NCBI RefSeq assembly: GCF_006345805.1
Contig: NC_043017.1
Location: 24,056,001-24,120,000 of the forward strand
Length of the DNA: 64,000 nt
Reading direction: 5' to 3'
Source: Octopus sinensis
Lineage: Eukaryota
Shown here: positions 62,366-64,000 of the stretch, piece after piece
Layout: every line of letters begins with the position of its first letter
Position numbering within the stretch: the first letter of the stretch is position 1
The notes under the pieces: model-generated
The model's database searches: none
What the model was told of the DNA's origin: nothing
The model's input: only the letters and a program-made list of their open reading frames with translations
Program-made: the position numbers and the translations under genes

Positions 62366-64000
62366 AAAATACATTTATTTTCAAAATAATTGTTGGGTAA
62401 GTGGTTAATATGCCTAGACAACGATTTGGTAGAGATGAGCCAACAGAGAAATGAGTTCAGTTGTATAAGAATAAACAGTGCGTTGGTGCAGAGATGTATT
62501 CATCTTTTCGAAGCTGATGCTTCACTCTTTTTTATTCCGTTACTCCAAGTTATCCATTCCTCAAATTATCTTTATACATTTTAAATTAAATTAAATTAAA
62601 TTAAATTAAAACGTTAATTTACCTGACAGTTGTCAAAACGTACGTTTCAAGACAGTTAATGTAAGAGAGATAACTCTGCTGCTAATCTATAATCACCAAG
62701 TGAAGGGAGATAACTTGATGATATAAAGTTTAAGTGGAAATGGGAGAGTAAACTGTTTGAGGTGAAGTAATTTGTATTGAACTTGTTCGAAAGACCAACA
62801 CCGAAGATGTCATCACACGAAACTGAAAGTAACGAAAGGTTTTTAGATATTGCAGACTTGTTAGACTTGTGTCTCAGCACAGAATGGGAATATTAAAACC
62901 ATTAACTCCAACAACAACGATGAACGCTGACGCTAATACGTTGGCGTGGCTGTGTGATAAGACATTTGCTTCCCAACTACTGGGTCTCGGGTTCTGTCCC
63001 ACTGCGTGGCACCTTGAGCAAGTGTCTTCTACTATAGCCCCAGACTGATCAAAACCTTGTGGGTGGATTTACTTGGTAGAAACTGAAAGAAATCCATCAC
63101 GTGTGTGTGTGTGTGTGTGTGTCTTTCTGTTGCGTTTATCAGTCACCACTGCTTGACAACCGGTGCTAGGTTTGTTACGTCCACGTAACATCAGCGGTTC
63201 GGCAATAAAAACCAACTGAATAGGTGTCAGGATTACAAACAAACAAAAAAAACTACCAGGGTCGATTTGTTTGCCTAAACCTTTCAAAGAAGTGCTCCAA
63301 CATGGCCACAATCCAATGACAGAAACCAATAAAAGATAAACGATATAATTCCTTCCTGGTTACAGAATAAACCGCGACCCTCTGGGTTAACTAACTGATA
63401 GCAACTTATAAAAGGCTCTTACCTTAATGCTTGACAAAGAGACAATAATAAATAAAGGTGCAGCTGCTGCTATAGGAAACAGTATCAAGCTACTACGTGC
63501 ACACGAACGGTATTTGTGCAGCAACAGATATCAAACAAATAAACACTTGATACGGGGAACATCCTCAAAAATGACAACAAAAAAATTGTGTACCAAAGCA
63601 GGCAGAAGGGTAACCGTAACTCCTTAAATAATGAAGGGTGCAAGGAGAAAAAAGTGAAGGGTGGAGGTGGTGGTTGTGGTGGTGGTGGTGGTGGTGGTGG
63701 TTTGTAATGTTTGCTAGCAGCTATGTGCTTATGAAGACGGATATGTTAGTAATATATCATTTACATTTTGAATAGTTATATGCAGTGGTTCTTCCAAGTC
63801 CTGATAAACAGCTGTAGACTCACTCACAGAGACTGATGTAGTTAGTGAATCAACACAATGCTTAACACACAAACTAGAAGCTCTGATTGGAAATCATTCG
63901 ATTCAGAACAACTAAAATAAATAAATGTCAATAAAATGAAATAAAAATATTGATAGAAGAGATTAAACAAATAGCAATTGATTGTGAAATCAAGACAGAG

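Overview
AT-rich, microsatellite- and SINE-dense eukaryotic genomic DNA. The SINE/MITE repertoire and (TA)n/(TATG)n/(AAT)n load suggest a coleoid cephalopod (Octopus-like); this is inference. The window is dominated by one minus-strand spliced gene that the ORF track mostly misses: a SPATS2/SPATS2L-family (DUF1387) gene. I reconstructed it as 15 phase-consistent GT-AG coding exons from 59779 down to a TAA stop at 16061 (1706 nt of CDS, about 568 aa visible), including a 22-nt micro-exon. The true first exon was not located. Introns and the 3' flank hold at least five SINE-like families, degenerate mariner, hAT, piggyBac, RTE and Tx1-like LINE fragments, several MITE families (TTAA-, TA- and 8-bp-TSD types), minisatellites and fold-back elements. 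The most unusual signals are a minimal Penelope-type hammerhead ribozyme motif (4021-4056) with two weaker relatives, long fold-backs on both sides of the micro-exon, a TTAGGG-cored hairpin element, and two independent SINE insertions at nearly the same site of one MITE family. I see no evidence of a prokaryotic-type system (CRISPR, operon). Nearly all listed short ORFs are repeat-derived noise. Repeat boundaries are approximate unless a TSD or TIR is quoted.
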